A DNA stretch of 64,000 nt from Leucoraja erinacea. Taxonomy: Eukaryota. A program made the translations under genes and the position numbers. Below the pieces are notes generated by a model. The model was not told the DNA's origin. It searched no databases and saw only the letters and a program-made list of their open reading frames with translations. The stretch spans positions 124,001-188,000 of the forward strand of contig NW_026575913.1 in assembly GCF_028641065.1 (NCBI RefSeq). Reading direction: 5' to 3'. Positions 1 to 12,460 of this stretch are shown one piece after another (positions within the stretch are counted from its first letter, which is position 1; each line of letters opens with the position of its first letter).

Positions 1-215
1 GGTGAAGGCGGAGGTAAAGGGACAGGCGTTGCATCTCCTGCAGTTGCAGGGGAAAGTACCCGGGGTGGGGGTGGTTTGTGTGTGAAGGGATGAGTTGACC
101 AGGGAGTTTTCCTTGGGAACGGTCTCTGCACAAAGCAGAAAGTGGTGAGATGGGAAGTGGCTAGTAATGGGATCCTGCTGGAGGTGGCGATAATGATGGA
201 GGGTTATATGCTGTA
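1..215 (-). mobile_element. Penelope-like element fragment (RT/GIY-YIG linker region)
   Basis: Reverse complement resembles 50750-50930 of the Penelope element in this window (PGTFPCN.RRCN.CPFTS). Confidence 0.8.
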
Positions 216-226
216 CTTACTAATAA

Positions 227-790
227 TCTATCTATCTATCTATACATATGTACAACTCTCATCTTGTTATATTCCGGTTTGGCGGTCTTTTTATTTGTGC
301 AAAAATGGATTGCGATAGTGCAACGATATTTCACCAGTTCACTCACCGTTCTCCTGTGCTGCGAGTGCACCAAGTTTCGTTCCGATCGGTTGAATGCCGT
401 AAATGTTAGCGAGGTTTCAAAATCTTTAAAAACGCGCATGCGCAGATCGATCTCTTCTCCTGCCAGTCGGCGTCGCGCAGATTAGTCTCATCCCCATCAC
501 TCCCCGGAACGGTCTACCCCTTCCTGCGCCATCGCGTCTTTACAGGAGCTGAAGGTGGCCGGCGTAGGTTTCCAACCAGTCTTTCAGAGAGATCCGACCC
601 AGCCCAGCCCCTCCCCAAGCAGCAGCCCAGCGTCGGAGACCTGACCCAGCCCAGTCCAACGTGGGAGACCCAGCCCGGAGTCGGTGACCCAGCCCAGTCG
701 GAGATGTCGCCGATGTCTCCACAAGCCCCTCCCCACCACAAGCCCCCCTGCCCACACCCAGTCCCCCACGCACACCCAGCCCCCCACGCA
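227..790 (+). mobile_element. Helitron-like non-autonomous element (5' part) with internal GC-rich tandem repeats
   Basis: Starts A|TCTATC..., then ...aactctcatcttg, similar to the A|TCTATATTACTAAAACTCTGTTCTTG start at 57396; GACCCAGCCCAG repeats at 595-700; no 3' CTAG/hairpin end identified. Confidence 0.4.
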
Positions 791-796
791 CAACCC

Positions 797-1952
797 CCAC
801 CCCCCATTATCCCACACACACTAGGGGCAATTTACATTTATACAAAGCCAATTAGCCGACAAACCTGTATGTCTTTGGAGTGTGGGAGGAAACCAAGATC
901 TCTGAGAAAACTCAAGCGGTCACGGGGAAAACGTACAAACTCCATACAGACAGCAGTCTTGTACCTTGGTCTATGGCACTGTGAGGCAGCAATATGTTTG
1001 GAGAAGTTGGAAGAATTCTGCCTTTGGCAGAAACATCACTACAGAATGCCGACCTGATCCTATATTAACGATGGCTCTTCCTTTGAGCGGAATTAAGATG
1101 AAAGGAAAGAAACCCTGGATATATGCCCCAGGTGTGAAATAAGCTCATATTTGTTACAATTACTTTAGTTTAGGTTAGAGATAAAGCATGAAAACAGGCC
1201 CTTCAGCCCACTGTGCCCTCATCGCCCAGCAATATCTGTACATCAGTACTATCCCACATACGAGGTACAATCTACAATTTTTACCGAAGCCAATTAACCT
1301 ACAAACATGTGAGTCTTTGGATTGTTGGATGAAACTGGAACAATTAGAGAAAACCCTCACAGTCACGAGGTCAATGTACAAACTACGTACCGACAACACC
1401 CGGAGTCAGGATCGAACCCAGGTCTCTGTAGCTGTGAGGCAGCAACTCTACCGCTGTGCCACCATGCTACCCTGTGTCATTAGTATTGTGTGTTGAAATG
1501 TTTCCATCAGTGATTATAGCAACTCTCTCTCTAAACCTCTGTACTTTTTCAGTTGACCAAGCAGTTCCTCCTTCCACCTTATGAGGCTAAGTTATTGGAT
1601 GGCTGAACTTTTGGGGGAAACTCCTCACTGCAAGCTTGGTTTAGTTTATTTTAGTTTAGAGATACAGTGCAGAAACAGGCCATTCGGCCCACCGAGTCCA
1701 CACCAAGCAGTGATCCCCACACATTAACACTATTTTACACGCACTAGGCACATTTATACCGAGCCAATTAACCTACAAACCTGTACGTCTTTGGAGTGTG
1801 GATGGAAACCGAAGATAATGGAGAAAACCCACACAGGTCACGGTGAGAACGTACAAACTCTGTACAGACACCACTCGTAGTCAGGATCAAACCCACGTCT
1901 CTGGCGCTGCAAGTGCTGTAAGGCAGCAACTCTACCACCGTGCCACTGTGCC
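797..1952 (-). mobile_element. Three tRNA-derived V-SINE (HE1-like) copies (~797-991, 1165-1465, 1640-1952)
   Basis: tRNA-like head (GGTAGAGTTGCTGCC...GGTTCGATCC), V-SINE core (GTTTCCTCCCACACTCCAAAGAC) and CR1-like tail GCCTGTTTC..CTGTATCTCTAAACTAAA on the minus strand. Confidence 0.85.
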
Positions 1953-2255
1953 GCATGATCTATTGGCTTTGCTGATAATTATGATCATTTTTTATCTTAT
2001 ATTGTGTTCTCTTTGCTTATTGCATATAAACAAATATAAAGCTGCAAAGGTTGGATCCTTTCGAGACCCGAGCTGACCCTTCTTTCACCACAAAAGTGCT
2101 TCCTATGGTTAGAGAAATATATATATAAGGCTCACCCCTCATGGCCATTGAAGGATTTCTCTAAACTATGGAGATCATGAAGCTGTTCCCTGCCAAGTTT
2201 AATTTTACTAGTGGCCATGACCCGAGTGTACTCGGGGGTGGCATTGAACAGGTTA

Positions 2256-2762
2256 AACATAGAAACATAGAACATAGGTGCAGGAGTAGGCCATTCGGCC
2301 CTTCGAGCCTGCACCATTCGCCATTCAATATGATCATGGCTGATCATCCAACTCAGTATCCTGTACCTGCCTTCCCTCCATACCCCCTGATCCCTTTAGC
2401 CACAAGGACCACATCCAACTCCCTTTTAAATATAGTCAATGAACTGGCCTCAACTACCCTCTGCGGGAGAGAATTCCAGAGATTCACCACTCTGTGTGAA
2501 AAATGTTTTCCTCATTTCAGTCCATCTCTATCCACATCAATACTGAACCCGCCAATACCGTGTGCTTTAAGTTTGTATACTAACCTCTTATGTGGGACCT
2601 TGTCGAAAGCCTTCTGAAAGTCCAGATATAACACATCCACTGGTTCTCCCTTATCCACTCTACTAGTTACATCCTCGAAAAATTCTATAAGATTCGTCAG
2701 GCATGATTTACCTTTCGTAAATCCATGCTGACTTTGTCCAATGATTTCACCACTTTCCAAAT
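2256..2762 (-). mobile_element. CR1-B LINE fragment (3' end joined to an RT segment by an internal deletion)
   Basis: (CATAGAAA)n tail, 3' UTR, ORF QHGFTKGKSCLTNL...LDFQKAFDKVPH. Confidence 0.9.
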
Positions 2763-3699
2763 GTTTAAGATGTTAAAGATATCCAGTGATGTGTGACTGC
2801 TCTACCTTTCCTTGGTATTCTTAGGTGATTCATTCCCTCTGGCACAAAAAAGCTTATGCCAACCAGTAGCAATAAGGAAGGGACAAAACTTGGATGATGT
2901 TTTAATTCCAATAAGAAACATCACAAACATTGATAGCTGAATAATAAGTAATGATGTTGTCTAGGTAACGGGTCTTCATTTCAAGTTGCTTGCTGCAGTC
3001 ATTTATTTGTGTTCTGCAGGTCTTTCAGTGTCTCTCATCTTCGTCTTTTCAAGAAACACCACAAGTAGCTGACTATATACTAATTATAGAAACTTGGAAA
3101 TATAGGTGCAGGAGTAGGCCATTCGGCCCTTCGAGCCAGCACCACCATTCAATATGATCATGGCTGATCATCTAAAATCAGTATCCCGGTCCTGCCTTCT
3201 CCCCATATCCCTTGATTCCTTTAGCCTTAAGAGCTAAATCTAAATCACTCTTGAAAGTACATTGTTTAGATAAGAGCCTTCTTCTCACGCTTCTTTCTGC
3301 AGTCTTTTAGTTGAATTTTACAGGTGCTTTAGTTTGTCTCGTCTTCTCTCTGCTAAATATGTAACAACTACAAGCTATGAATAACAAACATCCTTGAAAA
3401 CTAACACTGGACTGAGTGTGAGTACAATGCATGTTCTAACGTGACATGACTTCAGTCTGAAATCGGATCCCCACCCGAAATGTCACTGATCCATGTTCTC
3501 CAGACGCTGCTTGACCCGCTGATTTCCTCCCGCACTTTGAGTTTTTTGTATAAACCAGCATCTGCACTTCCTTTAATCTAGAATTTTTAAATAGTTCAAT
3601 CTAGCCAATTAGTTCAATTTTACAGTTGACTAAAATAAGAAGGCAATTCAAGGGTAAATAACTGCCTATGATTCCGTGTGACAGAGAAAGAGGCCTTTC

Positions 3700-5399
3700 C
3701 ATATAACCATATAACAACCATATAACAATTACAGCACGGAAACAGGCCATCTCGACCCTTCTAGTCCGTGCCGAACACATAATCTCCCCTAGTCCCATAT
3801 ACCTGCGCTCAGACCATAACCCTCCATTCCCATCCATATAACTACCCAATTTATTTTTAAATGATAAAAACGAACCTGCCTCCACCACCTTCACTGGAAG
3901 CTCATACCACACAGCTACCACTCTCTGAGTAAAGAAGTTCCCCCTCATGTTACCCCTAAACTTCAGTCCCTTAATTCTCATGTCATGTCCCCTTGTTTGA
4001 ATCTTCCCTACTCTCAGTGGGAAAAGCTTTTCCACGTCAACTCTATCTATCCCTCTCATCATTTTAAAAACCTCTATCAAGTCCCCCCTTAACCTTCTGC
4101 GCTCCAAAGAATAAAGCCCTAACTTGTTCAACCTTTCTCTGTAACTTAGTTGCTGAAACCCAGGCAACATTCTAGTAAATCTCCTCTGTACTCTCTCTAT
4201 TTTGTTGACATCCTTCCTATAATTAGTCGACCAAAATTGTACACCATACTCCAGAATTGGCCTCACCAATGCCTTGTACAATTTTAACATTACATCCCAA
4301 CTTCTATACTCAATGCTCTGATTTATAAAGGCCAGCACACCAAAAGCTTTCTTTACCACCCTATCTACATGAGATTCCACTTTCAGGGAACTGTGCACAG
4401 TTATTCCCAGATCCCTCTGTTCACCTACATTCTTCAATTCCCTACCATTTACCATGTACGTCCTATTTTGATTTGTCCTGCCAAGATGTAGCACCTCACA
4501 CATTAAACTCCATCTGCCATCTTTCAGCCCACTCTTCCAACTGGCATAAATCTCTCTGTAGACTTTGAAACTCTACTTCATTACCCGCAACCCCACCTAT
4601 CTTAGTATCATCTGCATACTTACTAATCCAAGCCTCCTGAGCCCACTCTAGCCCAGAGAACAAAATTATTCCATCACTAATTTTCCCCAAAACAGATCTT
4701 CCTCATTTCTATCAATGCCACAAATCCACCTTTACAAGAGACATATGCAGTAGTCGATTAATCTACTAAACTCACCAGTCCCTGCCTCTGCCCGTTGCCC
4801 TTCCTAACTGTGACCCAGTTTTCTGTCTCCCGTGGTCTTGGAGTGACCACCTCCCTGTAACTCCTTTCTATGACCTCCTCGCTCTCCCTGAGCAGACAGA
4901 GGTCATCGAGTTGCTGTTCCAGGTTCCTGACACGGTCCCTTAGGAGCTCCATCTCGACGCACCTTGCGCAGATGTGGACGTCTGGAGGGCACTCCGACTC
5001 CATGACCTCCCACATCTGACATCCAGAACAGTAAACTGCCCTGGCCTTCATTCTCCCCCTTATCCAAATACAATAAAGCCTTACAATTACAATACAAATA
5101 CAATACAAGCCAATCAGCCAATCAGCTGCTTCTGCTGGTCCTCTTCCACCAATCAGAGGCTTCCACCAGAATCAGAATCTTTCTCTGGAAGTGAGATGGA
5201 ACGTTGGTGATTTGGGTAACTCACAGCTCCAGGTAACTCCTCCTCTCACCAACAGCTCCCCGGGCCTCTGTAGAAGCAAGCCCCGCGCTGTTTTTATACT
5301 CACAGCTCCAGGTAAGTCCTCCTCGCACCAACGGCTCCCCGGGCCTCTGTAGAAAGCAAGCCCCGCGCTGTTTTTATACTCACAGCTCCAGGTAAGTCC
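3700..5399 (-). mobile_element. CR1-A LINE with a large internal deletion (5'UTR and ORF1 start joined to the RT 3' half via ~140 bp of unrelated sequence)
   Basis: RT C-terminal ORF 3601-4503, YADDTK at ~4610, ORF1 N-terminus (CSGC...CARC) 4775-5050, (ATAACCAT)-type tail at 3700-3725. Confidence 0.9.
5219..5399 (-). repeat. ~79-80 bp tandem monomers at the CR1-A 5' end (about 2.3 copies)
   Basis: ACTCACAGCTCCAGGTAA...GCCCCGCGCTGTTTTTAT repeated directly. Confidence 0.9.
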
Positions 5400-5410
5400 A
5401 CCCTTAGTAT

Positions 5411-6032
5411 GACCACATATTCATGATTCATGATTAATTACTTTTTAAAACATTGCTTTTTGTTACCTCTTTGGTTACACATTAAACAAATTATATTTAA
5501 TCTTTAACCCTGGGACACCCTTACACCCTGGTACACCCTTAGTATTACCCTTAGTAATATGATCACCCTTAGCCTCCTGTGCTCCATGGAATAAAGCCCT
5601 GGCTTGCCCAATCTCTCCCTCTTGTTCACACCCTGGAGCCCCGGCAATATGCTCATAAATCTCATAAACATAACAATGTTGCAGATAATATGAGCACCAT
5701 GATTAATGCAAATAAAATAATCTTATTTTTGAAGGCAATATGATTCAATAAACATGGTTCAATGAATCTGACGATAATCCCATCAATGTCATTCACGTTA
5801 ATTCACATGTAATTTGAAAATAATAATAAATATTGCAAGAAAATATAATAATAAATATTGCATGGAAAATTGATAGAAATTATGCCCAGCGCATAATATT
5901 TTGAGGTATTGTACACACCTTAACCTGTCCCAGGGTTAAAGATTAAATATAATTTGTTTAATGTGTAACCAAAGAGGTAACAAAAAGCAATGTTTTAAAA
6001 AGTAATTAATCATGAATCATGAATATGTGGTC
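5411..6032. repeat. 107-bp perfect inverted repeat (5411-5517 / 5926-6032)
   Basis: GACCACATATTCATG...AACCCTGGGACA is the reverse complement of TGTCCCAGGGTT...GAATATGTGGTC. Confidence 0.95.
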
Positions 6033-7078
6033 CTAATGAATACCCAAGGTATGACAATAGACAATAGGTGCAGGAGTAGGCCATTCGGCCCTTCGAGCCA
6101 GCACCGCCATTCAATGTGATCATGGCTGATCGTCCCCAATCAGTACCCCGTTTTTGCCTTGAGAAAAAGTGTTTCCTTGTTTCCCTTCTAAACGGCTTAC
6201 TCCTTATTCTTAAACTGTGGCCCCTGGTTTTGGACTCCCCCAACATCGGGATCATGTTTCCTGTCTCAAGCATGTCCAAACCCTTAACAACCTTATATGT
6301 TTCAATGAGATGCCCTCTCATCCTTCTAAACTCCAGAGTGCACAAGCCCAGCTGCTCCATTCCCTCAGCATATGACAGTCCCGCCATCCCAGGAAATAAC
6401 CATGTAAACCTACGCTGCACTCCCTCAATAGCAAGAATGTCCTTCCTCAAATTAGGGGACCAAAACTGCACACAATACTCCAGGTGTGGTCTCACTAGGG
6501 ATCTGTGCAACTGCAGATCCCTTTGCTCCTATTATCGACTCCTCTTGTTATAATGGCCATTCACTTTCTTCACTGCCTGCTGTAACTGCATGCTTACTTT
6601 CATAGACTGATGTACAAGAACCCCCAGATCCCGTTGTACTTCCCCTTTTCCCATCTTGACGCCATTTAGATAATAAACTGCCTTCCTGTTTCTGCTACCA
6701 AAGTGCATAACCTCACATTTATCCGCATTAAACTTCATATGCCATGCATCTGCCCACTCCCCTAACCTGTCCAAGTCACCCTGCATTCTCATAGCATCCT
6801 CCTCACAGTACACATTGCCACCCAGATTTGTGTCATCTGCAACTTTGCTAATGTTACTTTGAATCCCTTCATCCAAATCATTGATGTATATTGTAAATAG
6901 CTGCGGTCCCAGCACCGAGCCTTGCTGTACCCCACTAGTCACTGCCTGCCATTCTGAAAGGGACCCGTTAATCCCTACTCTTTGTTTCCTGTCGGCCAAC
7001 CGTTTGCCTATTCATGTCAGCACTCTACCTCCAATACCATGTGCCCTAATTTTGCCCACTAATCTCCTATGTGGGACC

Positions 7079-10000
7079 ATATAATAACCATTTAACAATT
7101 ACAGCACGGAAACAGGCCATCTCGACCCTTCTAGTCCGTGCCGAAAACAAATTCTCCCCTAGTCCCATACACCTACATTCAGACCATAACCCTCCATACC
7201 TTTCCCGTCCATATAACTATCCAATTTATTTTTAAATAATAAAAACGAAACTGCCTCCACCACCTTCACTGGAAGCTCATTCCACACCGCCACCACTCTC
7301 TGAGTAAAGAAGTTCCCCCTCATGTTACCCCTAAATTTCTGTCCCTTAATTCTCAAGTCATGTCCCCTTCTTTGAATCTTCCCTACTCTCAGTGGGAAAA
7401 GCTTATCCACTTCAACTCTGTCTATACCTCTCATCATTTTAAAGACCTCTATCAAGTTCCCCCTTAACCTTCTGCGCTCCAAAGAATAAAGCCCTAACTT
7501 GTTCAACCTTTGCCTTGTACAATTTTAACATTACATCCCAACTTCTATACTCAATGCTCTGATTTATAAAGGCCAGCACACCAAAAGCTTTCTTTACCAC
7601 CCTATCTACATGAGATTCCACTTTCAGGGAACTGTGCACAGTTATTCCCAGATCCCTCTGTTCACCTGCATTCTTCAATTCCCTACCATTTACCATGTAC
7701 GTCCTATTTTGATTTGTCCTGCCAAGATGTAGCACCTCACACTTATCAGCATTAAACTCCACCTGCCATCTTTCAGCCCACTCTTCCAACTGGCATAAAT
7801 CTCTCTGTAGACTTTGAAAATCTACTTCATTATCCACAACCCCACCTATCTTAGTATCATCTGCATACTTACTAATCCAATTTACCACACCATCATCCAG
7901 ATCATTGATGTACATGACAAACAACAGTGGACCCAACACAGATCCCTGTGACACCCCACCAGTCACTGGCCTCCAACCTGACAAACAACCATCCACCATT
8001 ACTCTCTGGCATCTCCCATTCAGCCACTGTTGAATCCATCTTGCTACTCCTCCATTAATCCCCAACCATTGAACCTTCTTAACCAACCTCCCGTGAGGAA
8101 CCTTGTCAAAGGCCTTACTGAAGTCCATGTATACAACATCCACTGCTTTACCCTCATCAATTTCCTGAGTAACCTTTTAAAAAAATTCAAGAAGATTAGT
8201 CAAACATGATCTTCCAGGCACAAATCCATGTTGACTGTTCCTAATCAGACCCTGTTTATCCAGATGCTTATATATATATTATCTCTAAGTATCCTTTCCA
8301 TTAATTTGACCACCACTGACGTCAAACTAACAGGTCTATAATTGCTAGGTTTACTCTTAGACCCCTTTTTAAACAATGGAACAACATGCGCAGTACGCCA
8401 ATCCTCTGGCACTATTCCCGTTTCTAATGACATTTGAAATATTTCTGTCATAGCCCCTGCTATTTCTATACTAACTTCCCACAATGTCCTAGGGAATATC
8501 CTGTCCGGACCTGGAGACTTATTCACTTTTATATTTCTCAAAAGTGTCAGTACTTCCTCTTCTTTGATCCTCATAGTTTCCCTAGCTACTCTACTTGTTT
8601 CCCTTACCTCACATAATTCAATATCCTTCTCCTTGGTGAATACCAAAGAAAATAAATTGTTCAATATCTCCCCCATCTCTTTTGACTCTGCAGATAGCTG
8701 TCCACTCTGACTCTCTAAGGACCAATTTTATCCCTCGTTATCCTTTTGCTATTAATATAGCTGTAGAAACCCTTTCGATTTAATTTCACCTTACTTGTCA
8801 AAGCAACCTCATATCTTCTTTTCTTATTTCTTATTTCTTTCTTGAGATTCTTTTTTCATTCTTTATACTCCTCAAGCACCACATTTACTTCATGCTGCCT
8901 ATAATTATTGTAGAGCTCCCTCTTTTTCCGAACCAAGTGTCCAATTTCCCTTGAAAACCATGGCTCTTTCCAATTTTTACTATTTCCTTTCAACTGAACA
9001 GGGACATAAAGATTCTGTACTCTTAAAATTTCACCTTGAAATGTATTCCATTTCTCTTCCACATCTTTCCCATAAAACAAACTGTCCCAATTTACTCCTT
9101 TTAAATCCTTTCGCATCTCATCAAAGTTAGCCTTTCTCCAATCAAAAATCTCAACCCTATGTCCAGTTCTGACCCTCTCTATAATTATATTGAAACTAAT
9201 GGTATTGTGATCACTGGTCCCGAACTGTTCCCCAACGCATACCTCTGCCACCTGACCCGTCTCATTTCCTAACAGGAGGTCCAGCACTGCCCCTTCTCTA
9301 GTAGGTACTTCTATGTATTGCTGCAAAAAGCTATCCTGCACACATTTTACAAACTCCAACCCATCCAGCCCATTTACAGAATGTGTTTCCCAGTCTATGT
9401 GTGGAAAATTGAAATCTCCCACAATCACTACCTTGTGCTTACTACAAATATCTGCAATCTCCTTACATATTTGCTCTTCCAATTCTCGCTCCCCATTTGG
9501 CGGTCTATAATACACCCCTATAAGTGTTGCTACCCCTTTCCCATTTCTCAGTTCCACCCAAATAGCCTCCCTAGACGAGCCCTCTAATCTATCCTGCCAA
9601 AGCACTGCTGTAATATCTTCCCTGATAAGTAATGCAACACCTCCACCTCTTGCCCCACCAATTCTATCACACCTGAAGCAACAAAATCCTGGAATATTTA
9701 GTTTCCAATCACAGCCCTCCTGCAACCATGTTTCACTGATCGCCACAACATCATACTTCCAGGTGTCAATCCAGGCTCTAAGTTCATTCACCTTTCTTAC
9801 AATGCTCCTAGCATTAAAATATACACATTTAAGAAACGCACCATCTCTTATTCTCTGTTTATTTTCTTTTTCTGATCTCTCCCCTACATTTTGGGTCAGA
9901 GTGCTACCATTCTCTGCCTCCTGCCTCACACACTGACTGCTAGCTTTCCCAATTCGAGTCCCTCCCCCCAACCATACTAGTTTAAAGTCTCCCCAGTAGC

Positions 10001-11065
10001 CTTTGCAAATCTCCCCACCAGGATATTGGTCCCTCTCGAGTTCAAGTGCAACCTGTCTTTTCTGTACAGGTCGCACCTTCCCCAAAAGAGGTCCCAATGA
10101 TCCAGAAACTTAAATCCATACCCACTGCACCAGTCCCTCATCCACGCATTTATTCTCCACCTCACTCCATTCCTACTCTCACTGTCGCGTGGCACAGGCA
10201 GTAATCCTGAGATTGTTACCTTTCCAGTCCTTCTCCTTAACTCTCTACCTAACTTCCTAAATTCTTCTTTCAGGACCTCTTCTCTTTTTTTACCTATGTC
10301 GTTGGTACCTATATGCACCACAACCTCAGGCTCCTCTCCCTCCCATTTCAGGATTTCTTGGACACGTTCAGACACATCCCTGACCCTGGCACCAGGGAGG
10401 CAAACTACCATCCGGGTCTTCTGTCTACGCCCACAGAATCGCCTATCCGACCCCCTAACTATAGAGTCCCCTATTACAATTGCCCTCCTCTTCTTTTCCT
10501 TACCCTTCTGAGCAACAGGGCCGGACCTTGTGCCAGAGGCCCGGCCGCTGCCGCTGCCCCCAGGTAGGCTGTCTCCCCCACCCTTACTCAAACATGAGTA
10601 CTTATTTTCAAGGTGTCCAGCCACCGGGGTACTCACCAGTTCCTGCCTCTGCCCATTGCCCTTCCTAACTGTGACCCAGTTTTCTGTCTCCCGTGGTCTT
10701 GGAGTGGCCACCTCCCTGTAACTCCTATCTATGACCTCCTCGCTCTCCCTGAGCAGACAGAGGTCATCGAGTTGCTGTTCCAGGTTCCTGACACGGTCCC
10801 TTAGGAGCCCCATCTCGACGCACCTTGCGCAGATGTGGACGTCTGGAGGGCACTCCGACTCCATAACCTCCCACATCTGACATCCAGAACAGTAAACTGC
10901 CCCGGCCCTCATTCTCCCCCTTATCCAAATACAATAAAGCCTTACCTGGGATACAAGCCAATCAGCTGCTTCCTCTGGTCCGTTCGACCAATCAGAGGCT
11001 TCCACCAGAATCCTTCTCTGGAAGTGAGATGGAACGTTGCAGATTTGGGTAACTCACAGCTCCAG
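7079..11065 (-). mobile_element. Near full-length CR1-A LINE (ORF1 + broken ORF2)
   Basis: ORF1, EN (YFNARS, SETW, VGDFN, SDH), RT (YADD), 3' UTR and tail all present in order; ORF2 is frameshifted and has internal deletions. Confidence 0.95.
9977..10912 (-). CDS. CR1 ORF1: CxxC..CxxC zinc finger/leucine zipper plus SGNH/GDSL esterase domain
   Basis: Open frame with CSGC, CARC, IVIGDSIVRG, VVHIGTNDI, DRLHLN. Confidence 0.9.
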   Translation of the reverse strand: MRAGAVYCSGCQMWEVMESECPPDVHICARCVEMGLLRDRVRNLEQQLDDLCLLRESEEVIDRSYREVATPRPRETENWVTVRKGNGQRQELVSTPVAGHLENKYSCLSKGGGDSLPGGSGSGRASGTRSGPVAQKGKEKKRRAIVIGDSIVRGSDRRFCGRRQKTRMVVCLPGARVRDVSERVQEILKWEGEEPEVVVHIGTNDIGKKREEVLKEEFRKLGRELRRRTGKVTISGLLPVPRDSESRNGVRWRINAWMRDWCSGYGFKFLDHWDLFWGRCDLYRKDRLHLNSRGTNILVGRFAKATGETLN

Positions 11066-11930
11066 GTAGGTATGTTACAAAACCTACCTGAATCGCCATT
11101 GGGAATCTGCCCTCAGCCAGGCCCGCGATTTTGGCGCTGTTTGGAGGGGGCGGGTTTAAAACGCGATTTTTACTAGGCTGTACTAATCGCACATGTTCAG
11201 CCTAGTAAATCATTAACGAAAAATCGCTGCAAGACCCGGTCGCAAAAGGTATTATTAGTTTTATAGGCCTCGATAATATAGTTCTAATAGATTTAAAATT
11301 ACTGTTTCATCTCGCAACCTCTCGCAGCCCCAGGGTTTTATAGAGCAAACAATTAAAGGTATGTACCTTATTTTTACATTAAATGGGGCATATATATAAC
11401 CCTATATATCAAATTATCTATAACGAATAGCTCATTTTGGGCTTTTTATATCCCGCAGTATTTTTCTCGGCACTTGAGGGCACTGATCCAGCGCTATGTC
11501 AACGTTCTAAACCGGCGCGTTCCACATGAACCCACTAGAAAGCCGATTTAAATGGGCATTTATTTACAGCAATTGAACACTAAATTCCTTCCATTTGGCC
11601 TGTAAATTAATGTAAATTAGATATAAAAATCATGTTATATTGTGAATTATTTGTGAATAATCTTTGGACACTTAGGCTATTTAAAAATGTTAATCTTTCC
11701 TTAAGAAATGGGCTTTTGACTATCCAAGATCACAGCTTTTTTGTAATGTCCATTGAAAATCAATAGGGAACAAGATGCTAATTTCCGAGTATGAAAATGG
11801 TCATAACTTTTTTAATACTTGAGATATGAAAGTGAATTTGGTGTCAAATTAAACTTATTGTTATGCTTTATCTGATGGGATAAATTGCAGACTTGATTTT
11901 TTAAATCTCAAAATTTTGTAACATTGCTAC
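11066..11930. mobile_element. Non-autonomous TIR DNA transposon (~865 bp) inserted at the CR1-A 5' end
   Basis: TIRs GTAGGTATGTTACAAAA / TTTTGTAACATTGCTAC (15/17 match); flanked by duplicated TCCAG within a longer repeated CTCCAGGTA. Confidence 0.85.
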
Positions 11931-12460
11931 TCCAGGTACCTTATCAAATGCTTTCTGAAAGTCCAGGTACACTACATCCACTAGCTCTCCCTTGTCCATT
12001 TTCTTAGTTACATCTTCAAAAAATTCCCAAAGATTAATCAAGCATGATTTCCCCTTCGTAAATTCATGCTGACTCGGACCGATCCTGTTACTGCTATCCA
12101 AATGTGCGGCTATCTCATCTTTTATAATTGACTCTTCCCCACCACGGACGTCAGGCTAACGGGTCTATAATTCCCTGTTTTCTCTCGCCCGCCTTTCTTA
12201 AAAAGTGGGATAACATTAGCTACCCTCCAATCCACAGGAACTGATCCCGAGTCAAAAATTATCAACAATGCATCCATGATTTCTAGAGCCACTTCCTTAA
12301 GTATCCTGGGATGCAGACCATTAGCCCCTGGGGATTTATCAGCCTTCAGTCCCATCAGTCCATCCAACACCATTTCCTGCCCAATGTGGATTTCCTTCAG
12401 TTCCTCTGTCACCCCAGATCCTCTGGCCACTACTATATCAGGAATATTCTTTGTGTCCTC

